Assembly (NCBI GenBank): GCA_965203325.1
Contig: OZ241875.1
Span: 160,001-224,000 of the forward strand
DNA length: 64,000 nucleotides
DNA from: a bacterium
GTDB taxonomy: Bacteria; UBA8248
Direction of reading: 5' to 3'
The translations under genes and the position numbers were made by a program. The notes under the pieces are model-generated. The model worked only from the letters and a program-made list of their open reading frames with translations, was not told the origin of the DNA and made no database searches. Position 1 is the first letter of the stretch. Each line of letters begins with the position of its first letter. Positions 28,076 to 36,951 of the stretch are shown one piece after another.

Positions 28076-28497
28076 GGCCGCTCCCCGCTTTTATCAAGAA
28101 ACAGGGTGTGCAATGCGTCGAAGGCGCGAAGGTAATCTTTTCTGATCTCTTCGATGACGGCCTCGAACCTTTTGGGGTCATAGTTGTGCGACATCTTGTT
28201 GCGCGCATCGAGTGCGTCCATCCACGTTTGTCCATCCCCCAGCAGATTCGCTTCGAAGGCTTTCCGTATGACGACCCTGGGCGTTACCTGCTCAAAAGCG
28301 ACATTCTCACTCTCCAGATAGTCCTTCATAAGGTTCCAGGCCAGCGCGGTAGTATATCTAAATCGTTTGATAATTCCTTCTTTTTCAAGCTGGCTCGGTT
28401 CTCTTTCGTCCATCATTTCGATGGCTTCGCGCAGCAGGAAAAAAGCGCGCTTGTAATTCTCGAATCGGTATCGCCAGCGCGGGGTGTCGTCGCTCAC
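28072..28497 (-). CDS. HI0074-family HEPN protein (nucleotidyltransferase substrate-binding / toxin)
   Basis: RWRYRFENY, EKEGII, RNKMSHNY (Rx4HxY); GTG start; overlaps the MNT gene. Confidence 0.88.
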   Translation of the reverse strand: MSDDTPRWRYRFENYKRAFFLLREAIEMMDEREPSQLEKEGIIKRFRYTTALAWNLMKDYLESENVAFEQVTPRVVIRKAFEANLLGDGQTWMDALDARNKMSHNYDPKRFEAVIEEIRKDYLRAFDALHTLFLDKSGERP

Positions 28498-28695
28498 CGG
28501 GCTTCCCTCTCTTGAGCGTTCGCAGGGACTAGACGTATATCCAACTCGTGTGCACAACAAAACAACATGCTTCACGGAATAATGCGCGTCAAGTATATTA
28601 CTTTTCCGCGTTTCGCTATTTCATGACGCGAGGACTCCTGCCGACGTTCATTGCACAGGGGCCGTCCGCGTCCAAAACCTGGAGTTTATTCACTC

Positions 28696-29325
28696 ATGAT
28701 CTATGAAGTTCGCGCGTACACGTTCCCCTCGGGATTCGCCCAGGAAGGCGTCGAGGATTTCGGCAGGATCATCGAGAAAAGAGCCGCCATATCCCCTTTA
28801 ATCGGGTTTTTCATCTCCGCTATCGGCGGGCTGAACCGGATTCTCCACATCTGGGAGTACGAGAACTCCGCCCACCGGGAGGCGGCGCGCGCCGAAGCCC
28901 TCGCCCAGCCGTGGTGGCCCCCGCTCCAGGTGGATAAAATCCTCTACCAGCAAACGCGCATCATGCGGGCGGCGCCGTTTTGCCCCAAACCGCGGACGGG
29001 AGCGATGGGGAGCGTATACGAGATCAGGAGCGACGTGATGCTCACGGGCAAGATGGGGGCAATTTCCGCAGCGTGGGAGAAAAACCTGCCCGAGCGGGAG
29101 CGCCTCTCGCCCCTGGCGGCTGCGTTCGCCAACCCGGCGGGAGAGTTCGAATCCGGCATCCTGAACGAGTTTCTGCACATCTGGCCCTACCGGGACATGA
29201 ACCACTGGGCCGAGGTGCAACGGCAGGCCGAGGAACTTCCCGACTGGGGAAAAAGTTACAGACCATATCTTCGGAGCGAGACTTCTGAAATCTGGTATCC
29301 GGTGGCGTATTCACCCATGAAATAG
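28696..29325 (+). CDS. NIPSNAP family protein (two domains)
   Basis: MIYEVRAY...LNRILHIWEY and YEIRS...LNEFLHIWPY...YSPMK. Confidence 0.88.
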   Translation: MIYEVRAYTFPSGFAQEGVEDFGRIIEKRAAISPLIGFFISAIGGLNRILHIWEYENSAHREAARAEALAQPWWPPLQVDKILYQQTRIMRAAPFCPKPRTGAMGSVYEIRSDVMLTGKMGAISAAWEKNLPERERLSPLAAAFANPAGEFESGILNEFLHIWPYRDMNHWAEVQRQAEELPDWGKSYRPYLRSETSEIWYPVAYSPMK

Positions 29326-29365
29326 CGGGGACCGCATTCGCGACCCCCGCCGGGTGATGGATAAA

Positions 29366-29440
29366 TGGAGCGGGAAACGGGATTTGAACCCGCGACCCCA
29401 ACGTTGGCAACGTTGTGCTCTACCACTGAGCTATTCCCGC
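29366..29440 (-). tRNA. tRNA-Gly(GCC)
   Basis: GCGGGAATAGCTCAGTGGTAGAGCACAACGTTGCCAACGTTGGGGTCGCGGGTTCAAATCCCGTTTCCCGCTCCA; cloverleaf with encoded CCA. Confidence 0.98.
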
Positions 29441-29456
29441 ATTGAACAACTCAAAA

Positions 29457-29484
29457 AGTTTACCCGACTCGCATCAAGAGTCAA
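29457..29484 (-). promoter_or_regulatory. Sigma70 promoter of tRNA-Gly
   Basis: TTGACT, 16-bp spacer, TAAACT ending 16 nt upstream of the tRNA. Confidence 0.65.
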
Positions 29485-29523
29485 GGGCTTCAGCGATTCG
29501 TCCGGTTCCATCCCGGTTATGCG

Positions 29524-29802
29524 GGGGTTGTGGAAAAAGCCCTGATGAAGGAGGGGTTGAGTCATCCGATGAAAGAGCAAGATTCACTCCCCCCTTGAGG
29601 GGGAGTCGATGAGGTGAGGGTGTAAACCCGAAACCGAATCGGTGGGGGGACATGCCACAAAGTAAACCTCCCCCCACCGCATCAGCCTTCGCACAAACCG
29701 CTCGGCTTCTGCGACTCCCCCTCAAGGGGGGAGTTGATTTGATATTCTCGTTGGTGAAGAGTGATCTTCGTAGGGGCCGCAACCGACTTTCTCAACACCC
29801 CC
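29524..29802. mobile_element. Composite MITE-like element 1
   Basis: Imperfect terminal IRs GGGGTTGTGGAAAAAGCCC / GGGGGTGTTGAGAAAGTCG (14/19) enclosing a palindromic unit with a perfect 23-bp IR (29586-29608 / 29712-29734). Confidence 0.65.
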
Positions 29803-30541
29803 TTCGGGCATGAACCCGAACCGAAACGACCGGACGAAACGGAGCGTGGCCGGAAATTTCCACTTCCCGAAACCCTGCACCCTCCAGCAGGGATTCCCAT
29901 TCGGCCTCTTCGCAGACGCCGCCGAGCGATGCGTTCCAAGCCTGGGGGTCCTGAGCGATCTCGACCGGCAGTTCACCCTCGCGTATCAACTCACGGACCA
30001 CGAGGCGGCCGCCCGGCCTCAGAATCCTGTGCGCCTCGGTGAGCGCTTTCGCCTTGTCCACCGTGAGGTTGAACGACGCGTTGGCCAGCACGACGTCGGC
30101 GACCCCGTCGGCCAAGGGGAGGTTCTCCATGTCCCCGGCCAGCAGATGCGGGCGCGCGCCGCTGCGAACTCCCTCGAACGCCTCGCGCGCGCGGTGAAGC
30201 ATCTGGGGCGCGAAATCCAAAGCGAGCAGACTGGCGCCGGCATCGAGTCTCTCGCAAACGAGACGCGCGTCGAGTCCCGCGCCGCATCCAAGCTCCACGG
30301 CCGTGCGCACGCCTCCGAGATCGACGCCATCGAGCAGATACCCGCAGCCGCAATAAGAAGCCGAAACGCGCCCGGGCAGTCCGTCGATGAAGCGGGCGGG
30401 ATAGCCCGCCTCCCGTGCCCTGCCCGCACCGCCTTCGGGGAACGCATGCGCCTCGGCCAGATGAGCGTAGCGCTTTCTGACGAAGGATTTCACCTGCTGC
30501 TCCCACGCCCTCGGCCTCGCGCCATCGACGGTGACGGGCAT
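29792..30541 (-). CDS. Class I SAM-dependent methyltransferase (ArsM-like scaffold)
   Basis: SYCGCG, VELGCGAGLD, GDMENLPL, RILRPGG. Confidence 0.82.
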   Translation of the reverse strand: MPVTVDGARPRAWEQQVKSFVRKRYAHLAEAHAFPEGGAGRAREAGYPARFIDGLPGRVSASYCGCGYLLDGVDLGGVRTAVELGCGAGLDARLVCERLDAGASLLALDFAPQMLHRAREAFEGVRSGARPHLLAGDMENLPLADGVADVVLANASFNLTVDKAKALTEAHRILRPGGRLVVRELIREGELPVEIAQDPQAWNASLGGVCEEAEWESLLEGAGFREVEISGHAPFRPVVSVRVHARRGC

Positions 30542-30548
30542 GGCCGGC

Positions 30549-31301
30549 CTAATGCGGCATGTGGGCCGGGTTCCAGAACTCCCCGGTCCGCACCATCTTG
30601 GCGATTCGCTCGCCGTGAGGCATCCAGCCGTTCTCGTTCTTCTTCGCCTGCGCTTCGCAGTCGTACGCCACGCGCTTGGTCTCGACGCGCCAATCGCCGT
30701 CGCCTAAGTATTCGACCACCGAATAAGCGGGGCGGTAGTCGCCGTCCCAGTTCATGCCGACCGCGGCGGTGCAGACGAGCGTCTGGCCGTCCACCTCGCG
30801 GACGTAGGGGCCGTGCACGTGGCCGAAGGCCATGATCTCCGCGTCCGTTCCCTTGATCTTCTCCTTCACCTCCTCGTCGGTGAACCTCAGGGGAATCGCG
30901 TCCTCGATGTCGTCGGGCGTGGCGTGGAAGATGTGGAAATCGTGCCACTTCTCGGGCGTGATCGTCATCGACCACATGAGGCCGTCGAGATAGTCGATCT
31001 GCCCGGCGGAGAGGCGCTCGCGCGTCTTCTTCACCATCTCGTAGAGCCAGACGTGGTGTTCGTTCTTGGGCGGGTCGGTCTCGTCTTTTCGCTTCGATAC
31101 CCACCAGTCGAGGTTCCCGGCGAGCACGTCCACGTCCTTGCGCCCCATGAAGCGCTCCACCACCTCGGCGGGTTCGGGGCCGAGCATCACCAGATCGCCG
31201 ATGACGATCTCACGGTCCGCGTTTTCCTTCGCCACGGCCTCCTGAACGGCGTCCAGAGGCGCAAGCTGGGCGTGAATGTCGGAATACAGAACAATCTTCA
31301 C
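30549..31301 (-). CDS. Metallophosphoesterase family protein
   Basis: SDIH, GDLV, GNLD, FHA, FGHVH; GTG start. Confidence 0.88.
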   Translation of the reverse strand: MKIVLYSDIHAQLAPLDAVQEAVAKENADREIVIGDLVMLGPEPAEVVERFMGRKDVDVLAGNLDWWVSKRKDETDPPKNEHHVWLYEMVKKTRERLSAGQIDYLDGLMWSMTITPEKWHDFHIFHATPDDIEDAIPLRFTDEEVKEKIKGTDAEIMAFGHVHGPYVREVDGQTLVCTAAVGMNWDGDYRPAYSVVEYLGDGDWRVETKRVAYDCEAQAKKNENGWMPHGERIAKMVRTGEFWNPAHMPH

Positions 31302-31323
31302 GTCATTACCCTTTCCAAGTATC

Positions 31324-31363
31324 AAAAGAACGGGGCCGCCGCACCCGTTGGCGCGACGACCCC
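31324..31363 (-). terminator. Rho-independent terminator after the ABC substrate-binding gene
   Basis: Minus strand CGGGGTCGTCGCGCC...GGTGCGGCGGCCCCG-TTCTTT. Confidence 0.6.
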
Positions 31364-31387
31364 GATCCTTTGCTTGATGAAGCCTTA

Positions 31388-32401
31388 TTAAATCTTGCCG
31401 GCCTTGGCGAGCGCCGCTTTCGTCACGCTCGTGTCGACGATGTCCTCATAGGAGGGAACCTTGCCCTTGATTTTGCCGAGGCGCTTCATGTAGTCCGCCG
31501 TGAAAGCGACCGATGCCTTGGGGATGCCGTTGTTCACGCCCCAGATTTTCTCCGCCACGAAGACGTCGTAGGTCTTCGACATGATCTCGGGGTTTTTCTT
31601 GTAGACGGGACGCACCCATTTGTTCGCCGACTTGAGGTAGCCCGCCTTGTCCTTGTAGATAGAGCGGTTGGACTGCATCATCGCCATCGCGAAGCGCACG
31701 TAGGCGTCCTTGTTCGAGTTGATCTTCGAAGAGGGCGCGATGAACGCTCCGTAGAAGAAGTTCGGCATGGCCTTCCACAGGTCCATCAGCTTGTTGAAGC
31801 TGGGCTTTCTCTTCTTGACGACGAGGACCTGCTCGACGTGGATGACCACGGCGTCGGCCTTGCCCTTGAGCAGGAACGGAACGCGCGCCGGCGGCGGGGT
31901 CTTGATGTATTTCACGTCCTTGTCGGTCAGACCGGCGGTCGCCAGCACGGCGAGCGCGCCCAGGTGGCTGTATCCGCCGCGCCCCTCGATGCCGATGGTC
32001 TTGCCCTTGAGGTCGGCGGGTTTCTTCACCTGATCGTTCGCGGCCATCTGCGCCTCGTTGAGATACGCCATGGAGTGGAAGAACTTCATGCCGCTGCCCT
32101 TGGTGATGCCCACCATGGCGATCGGCGCCGGCACCCAGGCGGCGTCCAGGCCGCTCTTCTTGCTCGTGATCGCCCGGTGCGTGGCGACGCCGCCGCGGAA
32201 GAATTTGATCTCCACGTCGAGGCCGTGTTTCTTGAAGATATCGTTATCGAGCGCGTAGAACACCGGCAGGTGCACCATGACCGGCGGACGCACGGGCATG
32301 CCGAGCACGATCTTGTCGGCGGCGACGGACTGCGCCGGCGCGCTCCACACCGCTGCGGCGAGCACGAACGCCGCGACCAATACCATCCACACCTTTTTCA
32401 T
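31388..32401 (-). CDS. NitT/TauT (SsuA-like) ABC transporter substrate-binding protein
   Basis: Signal peptide, FKKHGLDVEI, DLKGKTIG, GKADA. Confidence 0.9.
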   Translation of the reverse strand: MKKVWMVLVAAFVLAAAVWSAPAQSVAADKIVLGMPVRPPVMVHLPVFYALDNDIFKKHGLDVEIKFFRGGVATHRAITSKKSGLDAAWVPAPIAMVGITKGSGMKFFHSMAYLNEAQMAANDQVKKPADLKGKTIGIEGRGGYSHLGALAVLATAGLTDKDVKYIKTPPPARVPFLLKGKADAVVIHVEQVLVVKKRKPSFNKLMDLWKAMPNFFYGAFIAPSSKINSNKDAYVRFAMAMMQSNRSIYKDKAGYLKSANKWVRPVYKKNPEIMSKTYDVFVAEKIWGVNNGIPKASVAFTADYMKRLGKIKGKVPSYEDIVDTSVTKAALAKAGKI

Positions 32402-32454
32402 TTCGAACTCCTTAAGAAGAAAGGAAAATAGATTTTTCGACAGGACGCCCGCAA

Positions 32455-33279
32455 TCAGGACTCCTGCCGAACCCTCCAGGATGAAAACTTCGTTTCACAG
32501 ATGTTCACCACTTTCGTTAAAGCTATACCGACTACCATCAACAAGACAACAGGCGCGAGGCCCTTGTCCAGTTCCAGATCCGCAATGTAGTCCTGGCTCA
32601 GCGCGCCGAGGCCCGAGATGCTCATCAGAAACTCCGCGACGACCATCCCCACCAGGGCGCGCCCGCACGCGAGACCCAGCCCCGCGACGAGATAGGGGAC
32701 CACGCTCGGGAAAATCAGGTCCCGCCACCTCTGCCCCTCCGTGGAGCAGAACGAGCGCGTCACTTCCAGGAGCGAGAGGTCCACGTTCCGCACGCCGTGG
32801 TAGACGTTCACGATGATCGGCATGATGGCGAAGAAGACGACGATGGTCGTCTTGCCGACGAAGTCGACCCCCAAGACCATGGCTATCGGAAACGCCAGCG
32901 CGACCACGGGCGTGGCGTAGAGGGCAAACACGTAGGTGTCCACGGCGTACTCGAATATCTGAAAGCGCCCCATGAGAATCCCCAGCACGATGCCGAGGGG
33001 TATTGCTATCAAAAGGCCTGCCACCAGGATTTGAGAACTCTCATACGCGGCGGCTGTCATCTGGCCGCTGGCGATCAGGACCCAGAAGGCGACGCATATG
33101 GCGCTCGGGTAGCTGAAGGTGACCGGATCGATGTTTCCCGTCTGTCCCATCAACTCCCACCCGCCGATGACAACGACGAGCGATATCAAGCGCACGTATA
33201 CGGCGGGTTCCTTGATGCGCTCCCAGAACGCCCTCTCATCCGTCGATATGCCTGTTGCCGCCGGTGCGTCGGTAGCCAA
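32455..33279 (-). CDS. NitT/TauT ABC transporter permease
   Basis: GVRNVD, EAA-like loop, GMVVAEF...GLG; TTG start. Confidence 0.92.
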   Translation of the reverse strand: MATDAPAATGISTDERAFWERIKEPAVYVRLISLVVVIGGWELMGQTGNIDPVTFSYPSAICVAFWVLIASGQMTAAAYESSQILVAGLLIAIPLGIVLGILMGRFQIFEYAVDTYVFALYATPVVALAFPIAMVLGVDFVGKTTIVVFFAIMPIIVNVYHGVRNVDLSLLEVTRSFCSTEGQRWRDLIFPSVVPYLVAGLGLACGRALVGMVVAEFLMSISGLGALSQDYIADLELDKGLAPVVLLMVVGIALTKVVNICETKFSSWRVRQES

Positions 33280-33292
33280 AGATGGATGCCTC

Positions 33293-34102
33293 CTATTCCA
33301 GGGCGAGTTCGGCGACGGGCTCGGGTTCCACCTCGGGGTTGCGCATCGCTTCCCAGAGGTAATGGCGCAGCGCCTGAAAGCGCTTTCCGCCCCTGATTTC
33401 TTCCAAATCCCTGCCGCGGCCGAAGCCGGTTTCGAACTGAAAGCGTATTCTCCCCGGCCTGGGCGTCATCACAAGAACGCGGTCGCCGAGAAGCAGCGCC
33501 TCGTCGATGCTGTGGGTGATGAAGATCATCGCCTTGGGCTCCGCCTCGTTGATGCGCAGCAGTTCTTCCTGCAGGGTTTCGCGCGTCAGCGCATCGAGAG
33601 CGCCGAAGGGCTCATCCATTAACAAAACGTCGGGCTGGGCGGCGAGCGCCCTCGCCAGACCCGCTCTTTGCTGCATCCCGCCCGAAAGCTGCGAGGGGTA
33701 GTTCGCTTCGAACCCGCCGAGGCCCACCAGTTCCGTGTAGTGGCTCACGAGGCGGTCGATCTCGCCCTTCTCCTTGCCCTGTATCCTGAGCGCGTAGCCG
33801 ATGTTCTGATCCAGACGCTTCCAGGGAAAAAGCCCGAAATTCTGGAACACCATGGCCATCTCGGGCCTCGGGCCGTCCACCGCCTCGCCCTTGAAGGAGA
33901 CTTCGCCGCTCTCGCAGAGAATGAGCCCGTTCACGATGCGAAGAAGCGTCGTCTTCCCGCATCCGCTGGGGCCCAGGATCGTCAGAATCTCCTGCGTCTT
34001 CACGTCGATGTCGATGTCATCGAGAACGTGCAGGGAGCCGAACCATTTCCCCACCCCCTGGAGGCGCAGCGTCGGATTCGTGCCGTTGCCGGATGAGGAC
34101 AT
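33293..34102 (-). CDS. NitT/TauT ABC transporter ATP-binding protein
   Basis: GPSGCGKTT, LSGGMQQR, LLMDEPFGALD, ITHS. Confidence 0.95.
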   Translation of the reverse strand: MSSSGNGTNPTLRLQGVGKWFGSLHVLDDIDIDVKTQEILTILGPSGCGKTTLLRIVNGLILCESGEVSFKGEAVDGPRPEMAMVFQNFGLFPWKRLDQNIGYALRIQGKEKGEIDRLVSHYTELVGLGGFEANYPSQLSGGMQQRAGLARALAAQPDVLLMDEPFGALDALTRETLQEELLRINEAEPKAMIFITHSIDEALLLGDRVLVMTPRPGRIRFQFETGFGRGRDLEEIRGGKRFQALRHYLWEAMRNPEVEPEPVAELALE

Positions 34103-34299
34103 GGATACGAGGGTTCCTGTCGAGAAAGCGGCTGAATACGCTTCGTTCGGATGGCGTAACGATTCACCGCACGAATGAGGGCCACAAACCATACGTAACA
34201 TGATAAATGCGACGCCCGCTCACCATCCGGAAGCGATTTAATAATTTTGCGAGACTAGCATTCTTTACCCGAGGCGGCAAACATGGGGTTTCCCCTGCC

Positions 34300-34692
34300 C
34301 TACTCCTCACCGATGACGGCGATGGCCTGTATCTCGACCATCATCTCGGGCTTTGCGAAGCCGGCCGCCGTGATCAACGCGCTCCCCGGAAATCCGTCCG
34401 GAAAATACTGCTTTCTGAGTTCGACGAACCTGTCCCCGTTCGCGCCGTCCAGGATGTACACCGTCATCGTCACGATGTCCTGCAGCTTCCCGCCCGTCCG
34501 CTCCAGGGTGCGCTCTATCTGGCGGAACGTGGCGTGCACCTGCGCGTCGAAATCTCCCGCCAGCACGTTTCCCCGCTCGTCGCGCCACGCCCCCACGCCG
34601 GCCAGCCAGACGTGCTCGCCGCCTTTCGTCTTCACCGCAGGCGAAAAGGAGCGGTCCTCCTGCCAGGTGCCCTTGAAATACTCTCGCGTCAT
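34300..34692 (-). CDS. RidA/YjgF/UK114 family protein
   Basis: FSPAV, WLAG, FPGSAL, VEIQAIA. Confidence 0.88.
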   Translation of the reverse strand: MTREYFKGTWQEDRSFSPAVKTKGGEHVWLAGVGAWRDERGNVLAGDFDAQVHATFRQIERTLERTGGKLQDIVTMTVYILDGANGDRFVELRKQYFPDGFPGSALITAAGFAKPEMMVEIQAIAVIGEE

Positions 34693-35918
34693 TTTGTCTC
34701 CTTCCCCGGGTTATCGGATATCTGCTTTTTGCCTCTTAATTGCGCTGACGTCGAAACGGCCAGCCAGCTCATGATCGCAAAACAGAAATAGCTCGCATCC
34801 AGATTCACCTGTCCGGCGAGCCAGCCGCCCAGCAAGGGGGCGAGAAAACTCAAGCCGTGGCAGGTATAGATAAAGCCGACGGATGAAGCCAGAATATCTT
34901 TTTCCGAGAAATCCGCCGCCGCGGTGAGGATAATCGGGCTCACGAACCCGACGACGCCGGTCAATGCGGATAGAATATAAAAACCCGTTTGCCACCCCAT
35001 GAACGGCAGGGCGAGAACGAATGCGCCCAGCAGCGTCATGGGCCAGAACAGGGCGCTCCGCGCGCCCCAGCGATCGTAGAGAATTCCCATCAGCGGTTTG
35101 GCCAACATGCCGAAACCGAAATGGAGCGACACGGCCACCCCGATTTGCGCCGTGGTCATCCCCAGCTTCGAGGTCGCCAGCAGGGGGAGAAAACCAATCA
35201 TCCCCTTGGTGCACATGCTGCGCAAGGTGTAGGTCGCCGCCAGCCATACCGTGTTCCTGTTCTCCACGACTCGCTTGACGATGGAGAAAACTTTCAATTC
35301 CGCCGCTTTCCCCGCCTCACGTTCGGTCTCGCTCTTTCCTTCGGCAAACCGCGCGTTCACCAGGGGGAGGAGCGCAATGGCCGGCGCCGCGCAGGCGCCG
35401 ACCGCCGCGCGCCAGCCCGCCATCGCCGCCACGGCCGCCTGAGCGAGCGGAAGGATGCTGGTTCCCAGGTTGCCGCCCAGGCTGTGCCAGGAAATGGCGA
35501 ACGCGCGGTCGCGCTCGAAGCGATTCGCCGCCAGGGCCGTTCCGCACGGGTGGTAGACGGAATTTCCCGCGCCCGCCAGAAACGCCAGGGCGCACATCGG
35601 CCAGAAGCGGCTCACCCACATCATCGCAATGAAAGACGCAGCGGAGAGACCCATGCCCATCACCAGGATTCGTTTTCTGGCGCCCGTATTATCCGCCAGT
35701 ATGGAGAGCGGGTATTGGAAGATCATCTGTCCCAGACTGAAAGTGCTGAGCAAAACCCCCACTTCGAAGGGTGAGAGGTCGAGATCCATGACGATGAGCG
35801 CGAGAACGGGAACCAGCATGTTGGAGAATCCGTCGCTCAACCCGTGGGTCAAGCCGATGACGCTCAGATCGAAATAATCGCTGAATCTCCAGGCAGGCTT
35901 TTGCGCATGAGTGGTCAT
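34689..35918 (-). CDS. MFS transporter (Fsr-like)
   Basis: About 12 TM; GNSVYHP, HSLGGNLG, GILYDRWGAR; ATG overlaps the upstream stop. Confidence 0.88.
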   Translation of the reverse strand: MTTHAQKPAWRFSDYFDLSVIGLTHGLSDGFSNMLVPVLALIVMDLDLSPFEVGVLLSTFSLGQMIFQYPLSILADNTGARKRILVMGMGLSAASFIAMMWVSRFWPMCALAFLAGAGNSVYHPCGTALAANRFERDRAFAISWHSLGGNLGTSILPLAQAAVAAMAGWRAAVGACAAPAIALLPLVNARFAEGKSETEREAGKAAELKVFSIVKRVVENRNTVWLAATYTLRSMCTKGMIGFLPLLATSKLGMTTAQIGVAVSLHFGFGMLAKPLMGILYDRWGARSALFWPMTLLGAFVLALPFMGWQTGFYILSALTGVVGFVSPIILTAAADFSEKDILASSVGFIYTCHGLSFLAPLLGGWLAGQVNLDASYFCFAIMSWLAVSTSAQLRGKKQISDNPGKETK

Positions 35919-36910
35919 TACGAAGCGGGCAGGTCGCGCCAGGCGGGAATGATTCCTCCGCCGTCTGCTTCCACCACCGCGCGGCAAATCGCGTGGCCGA
36001 CGGCCTCTATAGCTGCCGCCCCCACGACGTCGAGCGCCGCCTCCCGATCCCCGCAAGAGAGGGCGAAGACCATGTCTCCATCCACAGTGGTGTAGGAGGG
36101 GCGCACCGTTCGGATGAGTCCGTTCGCCGCCAACTGGGCGAGTTTGTGCGTTTCGGTTTTCGTGAGGCGGGCATTCGTCGCCACGGCGACCAGCGTCGTG
36201 TTCTCGGAAGTGTTGGAGAATCCCTCGAAGGGCCTTCCTTGCACTCTCAGGTGCTCTTCGGTATCCACGATTCCCCGCTCGGGAGGCATCGCCCTGGGGC
36301 CTGCGACGGGTTTCCCCGTCCCCGGCTCATACACGCCGCCAAAGGCGTTCACCGCGGCGATTGCGCCGACGACGCCGCCCCCCGGCAGTTTCATACTCGC
36401 CGTGCCGAGGCCGCCCTTCATGGCGCGCTCCTGGCCGAAGAGTTTCCCGATTGTAGCGCCCGCGCCCGCTCCCACGCTCCCCTGGGGACCTTCCTCGTTC
36501 GAGGCCGCTTCGCAGGCGGCGCGCCCCATCGCGGCGTCGGGGCGAACCCTGCCGTCGCCGAAATGGAGATCGAACAGCACGCCGGCGGCTACCGTGGGCA
36601 CGTTGAAGCGGCCGGTGGGAAACCCCCTGCCCTGCTCCTCCAGGAAGGCCATGACGCCGTCGGCAGAAGCCAGGCCGAACGCGCTGCCTCCCGTCAGGAC
36701 GATGGCGTCCACGCCTCCGACCAGGTGCTCGGCGCGCAGCGCATCCATGCCGCGCGTGGCCGTCGCCGTGCCGCGCAATTCGCACGCCCCGACCGTTCCG
36801 GGGGGGCAAAGCACCACGGAGACGCCCGTTCTCGCCGCTTCATCTTGCGCGTGGCCGAGATAAAATCCCGGAACGTCGGTTATGCAGCCTTTGAGGTCAG
36901 AGAGATTCAG
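35918..36910 (-). CDS. Peptidase S58/P1 (DmpA/ThnT/NylC-like) hydrolase; probable CTG start
   Basis: Conserved ITDVPGFYLGH...TGVSVVL lies upstream of the first GTG; GGSAFGL, GSVGAG, ENTT, DGD; GAGGAG SD 8 nt before CTG at 36910. Confidence 0.88.
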   Translation of the reverse strand: MNLSDLKGCITDVPGFYLGHAQDEAARTGVSVVLCPPGTVGACELRGTATATRGMDALRAEHLVGGVDAIVLTGGSAFGLASADGVMAFLEEQGRGFPTGRFNVPTVAAGVLFDLHFGDGRVRPDAAMGRAACEAASNEEGPQGSVGAGAGATIGKLFGQERAMKGGLGTASMKLPGGGVVGAIAAVNAFGGVYEPGTGKPVAGPRAMPPERGIVDTEEHLRVQGRPFEGFSNTSENTTLVAVATNARLTKTETHKLAQLAANGLIRTVRPSYTTVDGDMVFALSCGDREAALDVVGAAAIEAVGHAICRAVVEADGGGIIPAWRDLPAS

Positions 36911-36951
36911 AGGGGAGACTCCTCGTTTCTTCGGGCATCCATCTACCCGCT

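Noticed and set aside
29366..29440. tRNA-Gly as an integration site of a genomic island
   Set aside because: I found no duplicate of its 3' end and no intact integrase in the window.
29586..29734. CRISPR array from the palindromic repeats (also 55816-56188)
   Set aside because: Repeats are inverted pairs, not regularly spaced direct repeats with unique spacers; no cas genes.
29792..30541. True arsenite methyltransferase ArsM, or Sec read-through at its terminal TGA
   Set aside because: The ArsM Cys positions read ANASF and WNASL; the TGA lies in the element's terminal repeat with no sensible continuation.
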